Of a stretch of DNA of 64,000 bases, positions 54,662-63,850 are shown in pieces. Origin of the DNA: an uncultured Pseudomonadales bacterium (GTDB lineage: Bacteria > Patescibacteriota > Microgenomatia > UBA1400 > PJMF01). Numbering within the stretch: the first letter of the stretch is position 1; each line of letters opens with the position of its first letter. The notes under the pieces were generated by a model. That model was not told the DNA's origin. It was given only the letters and a program-made list of their open reading frames with translations, and made no database searches. The DNA lies in the NCBI GenBank assembly GCA_964393205.1, contig CAYMSV010000001.1, forward strand, positions 5,841-69,840. Reading direction: 5' to 3'. The position numbers and the translations under genes were made by a program.

Positions 54662-55539
54662 AGGTTATTTTCGAAGATCCAAATTTACTAGTGATTAATA
54701 AGCCTGCAGGCATAGTGGTTAATAGAGCTCAAACTCACCAAGACAGCACTATTCAAGATTGGTTTGTCAAGTATTTAGGTCAACAGAGTTTTCTCCCTGA
54801 TTTTATTGCCCAAAATCGCAATTCTTGGGAGCAATTCATTCCTCACGATTTTCAAGATGATTTTGGTTCTCCAGAAGAAATTTGGTTGAGTCGTCAGGGT
54901 TTAGTACACCGCTTAGATAAAGAAACTTCAGGAGCGCTGCTATTAGCTAAAAACCCAGGAGCGCTAGTGAATTTATTAGCTCAATTTAAACAAAAACAAG
55001 TGCAGAAAACTTATTTGGCTCTTTGTCATGGTCGCTTTGTATTAGACACTGGTAAAATCAATGCTCCTTTGGCTAGAGCTAGACGAAATCGCTTTCGTTT
55101 CGCCATTAGTGCAACAGGTAAAAAGGCGGAAACCAACTATGAGGTAGTAGAGAGATATCACGACCTTGATTGGCAGACTCTAGAAAAACAAAGTTTAAAC
55201 AATAACGATCTTTTTTCAAAAAAAAACACCAAAAAAATTTTAAAACGTGGGCCACAACTTTATCAAGCAGGTTTTACTTTAGTTAAGGCTAAGCCAAAAA
55301 CTGGTCGTACCCATCAAATTCGGGTTCACTTTGCTTCAATGCAGCATCCTTTAGTTGCTGACAAAATTTACTCGGGAAGGAAGAGACAGGATTTGGATCA
55401 CCTCTGGTGTCCAAGACACTTTTTACATGCAAGTAGTTTGGAATTTTATTTACCAACTGGTCCAGTATGGAAAAAAAGACAATTAGTGAAAGTCCCTTTA
55501 ATTGATGATTTACAACAAGCTTTGGCTTTGTTAAAATAA
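54658..55539 (+). CDS. RluA-family 23S rRNA pseudouridine synthase (RluD-like)
   Basis: Catalytic motif LVHRLDKETSGALLLAKN. Confidence 0.85.
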   Translation: MKVIFEDPNLLVINKPAGIVVNRAQTHQDSTIQDWFVKYLGQQSFLPDFIAQNRNSWEQFIPHDFQDDFGSPEEIWLSRQGLVHRLDKETSGALLLAKNPGALVNLLAQFKQKQVQKTYLALCHGRFVLDTGKINAPLARARRNRFRFAISATGKKAETNYEVVERYHDLDWQTLEKQSLNNNDLFSKKNTKKILKRGPQLYQAGFTLVKAKPKTGRTHQIRVHFASMQHPLVADKIYSGRKRQDLDHLWCPRHFLHASSLEFYLPTGPVWKKRQLVKVPLIDDLQQALALLK

Positions 55540-55558
55540 AATTGTTAAGCAAAGAGTG

Positions 55559-55660
55559 CGAAAGAGCGTTAAGCTTTTCGTATTCCCAAGCAACGAATTT
55601 TGACTTTTAGTCAAGAGGAAACCAAGTGAATAAGAAAAGTTCAGCGCTCTTTTTTTATTA
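55559..55660 (+). promoter_or_regulatory. candidate structured 5' leader of the PRT gene with alternative pairings
   Basis: Hairpin CGAAAGAGCG-GTTAA-GCTTTTCG (55559-80), hairpin TTGACT-TTT-AGTCAA (55600-14), and CGCTCTTTTTTT (55645-56) complementary to both AAAGAGCG (55561-68) and the SD-like AAAGAG (55668-73). Confidence 0.3.
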
Positions 55661-55678
55661 AATATAGAAAGAGTAGCG

Positions 55679-56290
55679 ATGAAATTTAACAATATTGTAT
55701 TTAAACAAGATCAAGCACAATACATTGTGCCCAGTTGGCAGGATTTAGACCAATTAAGCTTTGAATTGGCTCAAAAAATAATTGAATCGGGTGAAGAATT
55801 TGATTTGGTCGTGGCTTTAGCTAAAGGAGCTTGGCCAATGAGTCGTACTTTAGTTGATTATTTGGCCATTTCTAATTTAGTGAGCTTGGGTGTTAGATTC
55901 TATTCTGGAATTAATGAGCGTCTTAGTGAACCAGAGGTTTATCAAGATTTACCAGTGAGCGTAGATAATAAAAAAATTTTACTTTTTGATGACGTAGCTG
56001 ATACCGGTGAGTCACTAGTATTTGCTAGTGATTACCTCATGGAGCAGGGGGCAAGTGAAGTAAAAACTGCCACCCTCTTTTTGAAAGAGCGCTCGGCTAT
56101 TATTCCAGATTTTCATGCTAATACCACTAATTCTTGGATTATTTTTCCTTTTGAGGTGAGAGAAATGATGGGGTTGCTGGCGAGCAATTGGCGAGAACAG
56201 GGGATTGGAGAAAGTGAAATTATTGATAGGTTCGAGCAACTAAATTTCAAAAAAAATATTAGTAGTTATTTTAATAAAAATAAAAAATAA
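55679..56290 (+). CDS. type I phosphoribosyltransferase (purine PRT-like)
   Basis: PRPP-binding motif KILLFDDVADTGESL; 203 aa. Confidence 0.7.
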   Translation: MKFNNIVFKQDQAQYIVPSWQDLDQLSFELAQKIIESGEEFDLVVALAKGAWPMSRTLVDYLAISNLVSLGVRFYSGINERLSEPEVYQDLPVSVDNKKILLFDDVADTGESLVFASDYLMEQGASEVKTATLFLKERSAIIPDFHANTTNSWIIFPFEVREMMGLLASNWREQGIGESEIIDRFEQLNFKKNISSYFNKNKK

Positions 56291-56306
56291 ACAGAAAGGG
56301 TTTGAT

Positions 56307-56525
56307 ATGGGTAAAGAACTTTTACCAAACTTAATAGAGAAATCTGAGGCCGACTTAAGGCTTATGTTGAAACAAGCAGAGTCTGATAAAAATTATCAGC
56401 TGCAATTGTATATTTGTCGTGCACTTTTACCATTTGAAGAACGTCCTTGCTTGGCTTTAACTGCGATTAAAGAATTAGAAGAGTTAATAAACACAGAACC
56501 AAATCTAGAGGAAAATATAATTTAA
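56307..56525 (+). CDS. small hypothetical protein
   Basis: 72 aa ORF, no motif. Confidence 0.3.
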   Translation: MGKELLPNLIEKSEADLRLMLKQAESDKNYQLQLYICRALLPFEERPCLALTAIKELEELINTEPNLEENII

Positions 56526-56545
56526 ATGTTTAAGTTGTCTTAATT

Positions 56546-57415
56546 ATGCCAATCACTATTTTTTCTAGCGAAAGGTTTTCTCAAGAGGAAGCGGTTAGAA
56601 TGGCTAGAAAAGAACAGTTGCGTGAATTAATGCAAGATTTAAGTGCTTTGGTGATTAATACTGGCAATAAAAATAAGGCTCTAGCTTTAGCTAACCTAAT
56701 CAATAAACTTACTAACCAACAATTAATTTCTAGAGAGATAATCTGTTTTGCTGATCCCAAGCAAGAGCAGTGTGCTGTTCGAGCTGCTACGGTTGCTCGT
56801 ACAAAGGTGGAAAATTTGATGAAGGACCTAAAATCCTATCCGGAGCACTGTCACACTATCGATGATGAAAATCATTCGGACATAAATTTATTATTTAGTC
56901 AATTAATTTTATTTGCCGGTTCAGATGTTAATGCTTTTGTTAAGGAGGCAGATCAAAACTGGAGTCAAAATCATCAATTATCCAGACAATATACAGAAAA
57001 GTTACCAGATGAAAAATTTTGGCGATTACGTGAGCAACTACGCCAACAATTTTGTTTTCCCGAAAACAAGCAAGTGGTATTGCGTTGGGACATAGCTAGT
57101 CATTTAGTGAATGGTCGAGATCATAGTTTTAGTGATTTAATAGAGGTAGTAAGTCGGCCAGTCGATCCTGAATTATTGGATAAGTATTTATTCGCAGCTT
57201 TAGACAACGGTCTTATTTTAGAATCAAATCAACATTTTGCTGCTTTAGAGTGTTTAATTGATAATGGACAAATTATTAGCACCAGTCATTTGCCACGAGA
57301 ACTAGAGGAGAGAGGCGCTAGTTTAGCCGATTTTAGCAGTTTTGAAGTATCTCCGGTGCTTTTATCAGCATTTTTATACTCCGTTGTTAATAATACACCT
57401 ATTTACATCCCATAA
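56546..57415 (+). CDS. hypothetical cytoplasmic protein
   Basis: 289 aa, no motif recognised. Confidence 0.4.
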   Translation: MPITIFSSERFSQEEAVRMARKEQLRELMQDLSALVINTGNKNKALALANLINKLTNQQLISREIICFADPKQEQCAVRAATVARTKVENLMKDLKSYPEHCHTIDDENHSDINLLFSQLILFAGSDVNAFVKEADQNWSQNHQLSRQYTEKLPDEKFWRLREQLRQQFCFPENKQVVLRWDIASHLVNGRDHSFSDLIEVVSRPVDPELLDKYLFAALDNGLILESNQHFAALECLIDNGQIISTSHLPRELEERGASLADFSSFEVSPVLLSAFLYSVVNNTPIYIP

Positions 57416-57478
57416 TTTTTATAAAAACTATCCCATAACATTTATATTCTTTTGTTTGCTAGATTTAGCCAGAAAGCA

Positions 57479-57487
57479 TGTTATAAT
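57479..57487 (+). promoter_or_regulatory. extended -10 TGtTATAAT for rpsB-tsf
   Basis: Exact TGnTATAAT; about 95-nt leader follows. Confidence 0.45.
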
Positions 57488-57548
57488 TTAAACTCTAATT
57501 ATTAAATTTGGTCTTAGTATCTTCTTTCCTGATTAAATACTAAAACCC

Positions 57549-57569
57549 ATTTCGGACGAGATCTGAAAT
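57549..57569 (+). promoter_or_regulatory. hairpin in the rpsB leader 15 nt before the start codon
   Basis: 8-bp stem ATTTCGGA/TCTGAAAT (one G-U) with loop CGAGA. Confidence 0.3.
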
Positions 57570-57583
57570 AAACAAGGAACAAT

Positions 57584-58582
57584 ATGGCAGAAAGCAAAAA
57601 AGCTTCTAAAACTAAAAAAAGTGCTCCCAGCAAGAAAACTGCTGTTAAAAAAGTGGCTAAAAAAACGGCCAAGAAAGCGGTTAAGAAAGTAGAGAAGAGT
57701 AGTGCTAAAAAAGCCCCTGCTTCAGTCAAAAAGACTTCTCCAAAAAAGCCTAGTGTTAAGAAAATAGATTCAAAAAAAGAAGAAGCAGTTAAAGCAAGTT
57801 CTGAAACAACTCCAGCTACAAAAACAAAAAAAACAGAGGAAAAATCTTCAGTAGAAGAGAAATCTTCAGTAAAAAATAGAGAAATTGACAGCGAGTTGCC
57901 AGAAATTGATTTACAAGCTATGTTTGAGGCAGGTTGTCATCTGGGTCATAAAGTTTCTAAATGGCATCCTAAGATGGAGCCTTTTATCTATACTAGTGAA
58001 GGTGGCATACATATTTTTGATTTAGAGAAGACTGCGGAACAACTAGAATTAGCTTGTCAGCGTTTTTATGATTTAGCTAAAGAGGGAAAGAGTTTATTAA
58101 TGCTGGGCACCAAACGCTCAGCTCGTGAAATAGTTAAAGAAGCAGCTGTTGAAATGGGTTGCTTTTATATTGTTTCTCGCTGGATGGGTGGTTTATTAAC
58201 CAATTTCAACCAATTGCAAAAATCTATTAAAAGGATGAGTGAGATTGAAACTGGTTTGGAATCTGGAAAATTTGATAAATATACCAAATATGAACGTCTA
58301 CAATTAGATAAAGAAAAAACCCGTTTGGAAAGATTTTTTATGGGGTTGAAGGGTTTGAAGGGCAAGCCAGACTGTGTATTTGTGGTTGATTCAGAAAAAG
58401 AGAATATAGCTGTCAAAGAATCCATTAGTGAGAATGTTGAAGTGATTGCTATTGCTGATAGCAACGCTGATCCAAGAGAGATTAACATTGTCATTCCTGC
58501 AAATGATGATGCAGCAAAAAGCGTTGCTTATATTGTGAATTGTTTGAAGACTGCCTACAATGCTGGTAAAACAGCGCGTTAA
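57584..58582 (+). CDS. rpsB: 30S ribosomal protein S2 with ~105-aa Lys/Ala-rich N-terminal extension
   Basis: Core starts at MFEAGCHLGHKVSKWHPKM; upstream [14 protein letters not shown] repeats; rpsB-tsf order. Confidence 0.85.
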   Translation: MAESKKASKTKKSAPSKKTAVKKVAKKTAKKAVKKVEKSSAKKAPASVKKTSPKKPSVKKIDSKKEEAVKASSETTPATKTKKTEEKSSVEEKSSVKNREIDSELPEIDLQAMFEAGCHLGHKVSKWHPKMEPFIYTSEGGIHIFDLEKTAEQLELACQRFYDLAKEGKSLLMLGTKRSAREIVKEAAVEMGCFYIVSRWMGGLLTNFNQLQKSIKRMSEIETGLESGKFDKYTKYERLQLDKEKTRLERFFMGLKGLKGKPDCVFVVDSEKENIAVKESISENVEVIAIADSNADPREINIVIPANDDAAKSVAYIVNCLKTAYNAGKTAR

Positions 58583-58603
58583 TAGTCATTGAAAGGTTAA
58601 AAA

Positions 58604-59068
58604 ATGGCAATAACTATGGAATCAATTAAGAAACTACGTCAAGAAACCGGAGCCCGGATTATGGATTGTAAAAAGGCTTTAGAGGAGGCGAAGGGTGACT
58701 TAAAATTAGCCAAAAAGTACGTTCAAGAAAAAGGTTTAGCTAGAGCAGAAAAGAGCACTGATCGTGAAGCGGGTGTTGGTTATATTGCTAGTTATACTCA
58801 TGCTACAGGTCAAATTGCTAGTTTAGTAGAATTACTCTGTGAAACAGATTTTGTAGCGGCCAACGAAGAATTCCGTCAATTGGCTAAAAATTTAGCTATG
58901 CAAGTAGCAGCTATGAATCCTCAAGACAAAAAAGAATTATTAAAACAAGATTTTATTAGAGAGAGCGGTCAAACTGTAGACATGGTCATTAAAGCTTTGT
59001 CAGGAAAGATTGGTGAAAAAATAGTTTTAGGTCGCTTCATGCGTTTTGTGGTTGGTCAAGAGAACTAA
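58604..59068 (+). CDS. tsf: elongation factor Ts (very short, 154 aa)
   Basis: UBA-like N-terminus ESIKKLRQETGARIMDCKKALEEAKGDLKLAKKYV, EF-Ts core ETDFVAANEEF. Confidence 0.8.
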   Translation: MAITMESIKKLRQETGARIMDCKKALEEAKGDLKLAKKYVQEKGLARAEKSTDREAGVGYIASYTHATGQIASLVELLCETDFVAANEEFRQLAKNLAMQVAAMNPQDKKELLKQDFIRESGQTVDMVIKALSGKIGEKIVLGRFMRFVVGQEN

Positions 59069-59109
59069 AAAAGTGTTAAACTAAAAACTAGAAGAAAACA
59101 TTCTTTGCT

Positions 59110-60090
59110 ATGCGTGATTACTGCCCATCTCGCCAAGAACAAAAGAAGCTTAAGGCTAAAAAAGTTAAAGCCAAAAAGTCACGGCGATCAAAAAAAAAGA
59201 AAAGATCTGTATCTTCTGCTTGGCAAAAATTTTTTTTAATCTTATTTTCAATATTTTTAGTATTATTGTTAGCAATCTTTTTTATTTATTTGTTTCGCAC
59301 TCAACAATCTAAAAAAAATCAATTAAGTTGCACTCAACACTTGCTTATAACAGAAACGGGTCGACCACATGCTTGGGTAGTATTGGCGCCCGCAGAACAA
59401 AAAGTAAAAGTATTGACTTTCAATGAACTGAGTATTCAAAAATGGAATGAGCTGGCTCCAGATTCAGAGCTAAGTGCTGATGAAGAAATATTATTTTTTA
59501 GTTTATTGTTTGATGTTTTTGTTGATCAAGTTATAGAATATAAAACTCAAGAGATTAGTAAAAATAAGCAAAATCAATTTAAAGAATTTCTAATTAATGA
59601 ATTAAAGGATAGGGGAGTCAAAAATTTGGCCTTTTATTTAGAAGGATTTCAACCCAATTGGGAATGGGTAGATGAAGAAAACTTTTCAGACATTGAAGCA
59701 GAACGCTTGAGATTGAAAAGTTTTTTGGACAGAAATACTGGAGCTAATTATGGAAAAGTTTTTGAGTGTCCAGTAGCGGTTATTAACAGTAGCGGAGAGC
59801 CTGGTTTAGCTACTACTTTTACTGGGCTTTTGGAGAAGGATGGCTTCTCTGTAGTCAGAAGAGATAGTGGTCCTGAAATTTTGACAGAAACTACTTTGCT
59901 TGTGGATCAGGAGGCGATAGCTTGCCAATTGTTGATTAGTCGATTTAAACAGCTAATGCCAAATAAAGCTATTAATCACAATCGAGAACTAGCACAACAA
60001 TATCGGGTTAGTGCAGTAATTTTCTTGGCTGAGGATTTGTCAAAACTCAGAATTGGAGCTTTGAATTTTTTATACGATGATTTCCAGTAG
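59110..60090 (+). CDS. membrane-anchored protein with Lys-rich cytoplasmic tail and LytR_C-like extracellular domain
   Basis: KKLKAKKVKAKKSRRSKKKKR then a TM helix; C-terminal VAVINSSGEPGLATTFTGLLEKDGFSV resembles LytR_C. Confidence 0.4.
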   Translation: MRDYCPSRQEQKKLKAKKVKAKKSRRSKKKKRSVSSAWQKFFLILFSIFLVLLLAIFFIYLFRTQQSKKNQLSCTQHLLITETGRPHAWVVLAPAEQKVKVLTFNELSIQKWNELAPDSELSADEEILFFSLLFDVFVDQVIEYKTQEISKNKQNQFKEFLINELKDRGVKNLAFYLEGFQPNWEWVDEENFSDIEAERLRLKSFLDRNTGANYGKVFECPVAVINSSGEPGLATTFTGLLEKDGFSVVRRDSGPEILTETTLLVDQEAIACQLLISRFKQLMPNKAINHNRELAQQYRVSAVIFLAEDLSKLRIGALNFLYDDFQ

Positions 60091-60121
60091 AATATTTTTT
60101 TCTTAGAAGCCATAATGTGTA

Positions 60122-61591
60122 TTGATAAAAAAAATGAATAATCAAAATAAATTATTTGGTTTCAAAATAAAACACCTAATTCTTATATCGATAGTTTTAT
60201 CGATTATTACTGGATTAAGTTTCGGTAGATATGCAAAGTTTTCTTTTGATTTGGATGAAATTTTTACAATTTACAATAGTAAAAACATTAATCCTTTTGA
60301 TTATTGGACTTCTTTAAATTATGATTTGGGAAATCCGCAGCTTTTTGCTGTTTTATTAAAACCTTTTGTATTGGTTTCAAATCCATCAGATATTTGGTTG
60401 AGAACTTTACCCTTAATTTTTTACTTATTATCAGTTTGGGTTTTTATTAAGATATTGATTGAATTTAAAATATCAGAGAATTTACGTCTTTTAACGATCA
60501 TTATTTTTTTGGGTTTAGCACCGTTTTGGTTTTTTAGATTTTACGTAAGAGCTTATTCACTTTTATCTTTTTTAACTTTATTGACAATCTACCAAAGTTT
60601 TAAGTTAATTAAAGGCCCTCGCTTAAGAGAATTAAAAAGATTGATGATAACTATGTTTTTTGGTTTTCATAGTCATTATATCTACTGGGTTTTTAGTGCT
60701 ATTTGGATATTAACTCTACTTCTTACTGGCGTATTCAAAAAAGTTCTAATCAAGTTAGGTAGCAAGAGGTTTTTTAAAATTGTTGGCATAGGTGTCGTTT
60801 CATTGTTTCCCATTGTAATTAATTTAGTTTCGAGAGAACTGATTAATAACTTTGATCGTTATTATTTTTTTCAACTAAACATAGTCCATCCTTCTTTTTT
60901 AGATATTTTTCAGTTTATTTTAAAAATGAATCTAAGCCATAATTTTTTTACATTAATTGCTGTTCTTTTCTGGTTAATATTATTTGTCGGTGGCATCTTA
61001 GCAATTAAGAAAAAAGTACATAAAAATCAAGAGATATGGCTAGTTTTTTCAATTTTATTTTGGTTAATCTATTTTCTAACTCCATTGAAGAATTTTTTAA
61101 GTGTATTTAAATATATATCTGGTTTTACATTATTTGTACCAATTAGTATTGTTCTTATTTTAAATAAATTATTTAACTTGGAGCGTCACTTAAAATCAAA
61201 AATAATTATGTTTGTAAGTACTATGTTAATAATTACTTGGTCTTTTTTGCCACCATTAAAGACAATTAGGGCTGAGTATGGAGATGATTGGAAGACAGTG
61301 GTTAATATGATTCCTCGACCTCCAACTAATTTTGTAGTTGTTGTTGATTGTGTGGATAAACTAGGTTTTGATTATTATTCAACTAAGAGCTTTGAATTTT
61401 ATGGGTTTGAAGGTTTTAATTCAGGAAACAATTGTGGTTTGCCATCTATAACTGAAAATACACAATTTTTAAGAAATATTTTGGTAGTTGGTGATGGAGT
61501 GGTTCCTTTACCGATAGAGGATAGTCACACTCTAGTTTTTTATTCAGAAAAATATTTTCCAATCAAGCTTTATTATTATCAAAAAAAATAA
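60122..61591 (+). CDS. GT-C fold glycosyltransferase-like polytopic membrane protein (PMT/ArnT-like)
   Basis: 489 aa, more than 10 TM helices, DE-containing first loop FDLDEIF; very AT-rich (about 27% GC). Confidence 0.45.
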   Translation: MIKKMNNQNKLFGFKIKHLILISIVLSIITGLSFGRYAKFSFDLDEIFTIYNSKNINPFDYWTSLNYDLGNPQLFAVLLKPFVLVSNPSDIWLRTLPLIFYLLSVWVFIKILIEFKISENLRLLTIIIFLGLAPFWFFRFYVRAYSLLSFLTLLTIYQSFKLIKGPRLRELKRLMITMFFGFHSHYIYWVFSAIWILTLLLTGVFKKVLIKLGSKRFFKIVGIGVVSLFPIVINLVSRELINNFDRYYFFQLNIVHPSFLDIFQFILKMNLSHNFFTLIAVLFWLILFVGGILAIKKKVHKNQEIWLVFSILFWLIYFLTPLKNFLSVFKYISGFTLFVPISIVLILNKLFNLERHLKSKIIMFVSTMLIITWSFLPPLKTIRAEYGDDWKTVVNMIPRPPTNFVVVVDCVDKLGFDYYSTKSFEFYGFEGFNSGNNCGLPSITENTQFLRNILVVGDGVVPLPIEDSHTLVFYSEKYFPIKLYYYQKK

Positions 61592-61659
61592 TGAATAAGA
61601 AATAACTTTATTGTTAAAAAAGATTTCACTGTAGCTAAGTCTAGGGGAAAGCAGTCGGT

Positions 61660-62418
61660 TTAAGAATTGGAACTTTGAATTTTCTTCATGACGGTTTCTA
61701 GGCCATCGCCTTGATCGTCATCGTCTTCATCGGTGCTAATAATTCCTAGCGGAATATCCTTTTCCAACACAATGTCTTCTCCAAGATTAAATTGGTTGTT
61801 AATTTTTTTGCTTGGGAAAGACTGTAGTTGTGAGTTTTTTTTAGAACGCAGAACCTCTTTTAACTGTACACAACATTGTTTGTCATCAATTTTGTAAATA
61901 ACACAGCTATATTGATTACCGCCAGCGATCAACTTACTCAAGCGAAAAGAAATATCTTCGGGTAGTGCGCCTATATGTTTTTTTTTGTCATCTACGATAC
62001 TGATATAGCGATTTTTCGTTTGTAAAAAACATTGTTGACCAACTTTTAATTTATTTAATTGTGAACTGCTGGTTAAGCGATGCAAGGAAATAATTTTACT
62101 TTTACCCGGTTCTTCAATAAAATCAGCGTTATTATTAAAAATAATATCAGGAGTTTGTTCTTTGTTTTTAATTTTTTTCAGGTGTTTATTGGCGATGATG
62201 TTAGAGCGATCAATAGTTAAAACATTTTTAAAAATTTTTTTCGCTTCTTTTGCTTTTTTGAGCTTGAGCAAAGCAAGGCCCAAGCGATTCATTGCTTCTA
62301 AGTTTTTTGGAGATTGTTCAAGTATTTCCTGATTAATGAGGACGGCATTGTTCCAATCAGCATCTTTAACTGCTTGAATGGCTTTAGCTCTTAGCAGGGA
62401 GCTATTTGGCATGGTCAT
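61660..62418 (-). CDS. TPR-repeat protein with unknown C-terminal domain
   Basis: N-terminal TPR motifs LEAMNRLGLALLKLKKAKEAKKIFKNVLTID; acidic DEDDDDQGD tail. Confidence 0.45.
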   Translation of the reverse strand: MTMPNSSLLRAKAIQAVKDADWNNAVLINQEILEQSPKNLEAMNRLGLALLKLKKAKEAKKIFKNVLTIDRSNIIANKHLKKIKNKEQTPDIIFNNNADFIEEPGKSKIISLHRLTSSSQLNKLKVGQQCFLQTKNRYISIVDDKKKHIGALPEDISFRLSKLIAGGNQYSCVIYKIDDKQCCVQLKEVLRSKKNSQLQSFPSKKINNQFNLGEDIVLEKDIPLGIISTDEDDDDQGDGLETVMKKIQSSNS

Positions 62419-62504
62419 AAGGTTTACACCTTTCTTCGGGGATGTTACAGCTTGTTGAGTAAATTGTCAACTCACAAAATTGATAATGAGGGTTTAACAA
62501 GCTT

Positions 62505-62513
62505 TGTTATAAT
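62505..62513 (+). promoter_or_regulatory. extended -10 TGtTATAAT, 6 nt before yebC ATG (leaderless-type); TTGTCA -35-like upstream
   Basis: Read from sequence. Confidence 0.4.
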
Positions 62514-62519
62514 GTTCTT

Positions 62520-63077
62520 ATGTCAGGACATAGCAAATGGAGTAACATCAAGAATCGTAAAGACGCCCAAGACAAAGTGAGGGGTAAAATTTTTAGTCAG
62601 TTATCTAGACAAATTCGAGCCAGTGTTAAATCTGGTGGATCTGGAGATCCAAACCTTAATTCAAATTTGAGACTGATACTAGATAAGGCTAGGGGGGCTA
62701 ATATGCCCAAGGATAAGATTCAACGAGCCATCGATGTGGCTTTAGGTAAAACTGGCGGAAATGAGATTAAAGAAATAGTTTATGAAGCTTTTACTTCAGA
62801 TGGTGTGGCTTTGATGATTGTGGCTTTAACAGACAATAATAATCGTACAGCCAGTGAGCTTAGAACATTATTGAGTAAACATAATGGTTCTTTAGCTGGT
62901 CCTGGTAGTGCTGCTTACATGTTTGAGCGTGATAATGAAGGGGGATTTACAGCTAAGATCAAGATTACGGTAAGTGAAGAGCAAATTCCCTTAATACTTG
63001 AGCTAGTTGAGTTATTACGTCAAAATGAGGATGTAGAAGATGTTTTTGTGGCAACTGATTTGCCAGAAGAAGACTAA
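62520..63077 (+). CDS. yebC: YebC/PmpR-family protein, minimal form lacking the middle domain
   Basis: MSGHSKWSNIKNRKDAQDKVRGKIFSQLSRQI matches the YebC N-terminus; 185 aa versus about 240 typical. Confidence 0.75.
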   Translation: MSGHSKWSNIKNRKDAQDKVRGKIFSQLSRQIRASVKSGGSGDPNLNSNLRLILDKARGANMPKDKIQRAIDVALGKTGGNEIKEIVYEAFTSDGVALMIVALTDNNNRTASELRTLLSKHNGSLAGPGSAAYMFERDNEGGFTAKIKITVSEEQIPLILELVELLRQNEDVEDVFVATDLPEED

Positions 63078-63082
63078 AAACT

Positions 63083-63850
63083 ATGCGTCGTCGCGAAAAA
63101 TTTATTATTGTTTCTGTATTATTATCTCTGGGTTTATTAGCTACACAGTATGTGCCAGCTGATTGGCGTTATGGAGCAATTGCTTTATTTACTGTAATTA
63201 GTTATTTTATGTCTGCTTGGGCTTTAAGTGACGACTTACAAGCTTATGAGTGGCTGACTATCTTACCTTTTCCTGCGCTTTATGCTTTGTCTGTTGGTCT
63301 ATTTTATTTTCTATTACCAGAGGTAATATTATCTCGTTTGGCAATTTTAGCCATTTTTGGTGTTGGTATGTACGCCTTATTTTTGACGTCAAATATTTTC
63401 TCTGTAGCTAAAGGTAGGACTATTCAACTTTTGTATGCAGCTCACGCTATCGCTTTATTTTTTACAATGATTACTTCCTTATTATTAACTAATACTATTT
63501 TTTCATTACGCCTACCTTTTTATTTTAATGCTTTGTTAATTGCTGCTGTTCATTTTATTCTAGTGTTGATGTCTTTATGGTCAGTCCAACTAGAGCCACG
63601 TATTAATAAAGAAATTTTGAGTTATAGCTTGTTGTTTGTTTTATTACTAGCTGAATTTGCTATTTGTTTTTCCTTTTTACCGATGCAAGTTTGGCACATT
63701 TCTTTATTTATAATGTCTTTGGTGTATGTGGGTCTATCGCTGTTTCAGAACTTGCTGCAGGGGAGATTGTTTAAAAACACTGCCACCGAATATGGCTTGG
63801 TAGCAATTTTTATTATATTGGCTTTTCTTATAGTTTTTCCAGGTAAATAA
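63083..63850 (+). CDS. polytopic membrane protein, unknown function
   Basis: 255 aa, about 7 TM helices. Confidence 0.4.
   Translation: MRRREKFIIVSVLLSLGLLATQYVPADWRYGAIALFTVISYFMSAWALSDDLQAYEWLTILPFPALYALSVGLFYFLLPEVILSRLAILAIFGVGMYALFLTSNIFSVAKGRTIQLLYAAHAIALFFTMITSLLLTNTIFSLRLPFYFNALLIAAVHFILVLMSLWSVQLEPRINKEILSYSLLFVLLLAEFAICFSFLPMQVWHISLFIMSLVYVGLSLFQNLLQGRLFKNTATEYGLVAIFIILAFLIVFPGK

Noticed and set aside
55559-55678. Purine (G-box) or PyrR-type element before the PRT gene
   Set aside because: The conserved purine-riboswitch motifs are absent. The AGUCAAGAGG loop only partially resembles the PyrR binding consensus. Kept as an unclassified structured leader.
40215-58494. Other antisense or nested track ORFs (40215..40415-, 41731..41967-, 41967..42173+, 44061..44330-, 45833..46021-, 48226..48432+, 48567..48761+, 50830..51045+, 55289..55552-, 56015..56239-, 56913..57095+, 57514..57729-, 58165..58494-)
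   Set aside because: Each lies within or antisense to a longer ORF with clear identity; none has a motif or start context.
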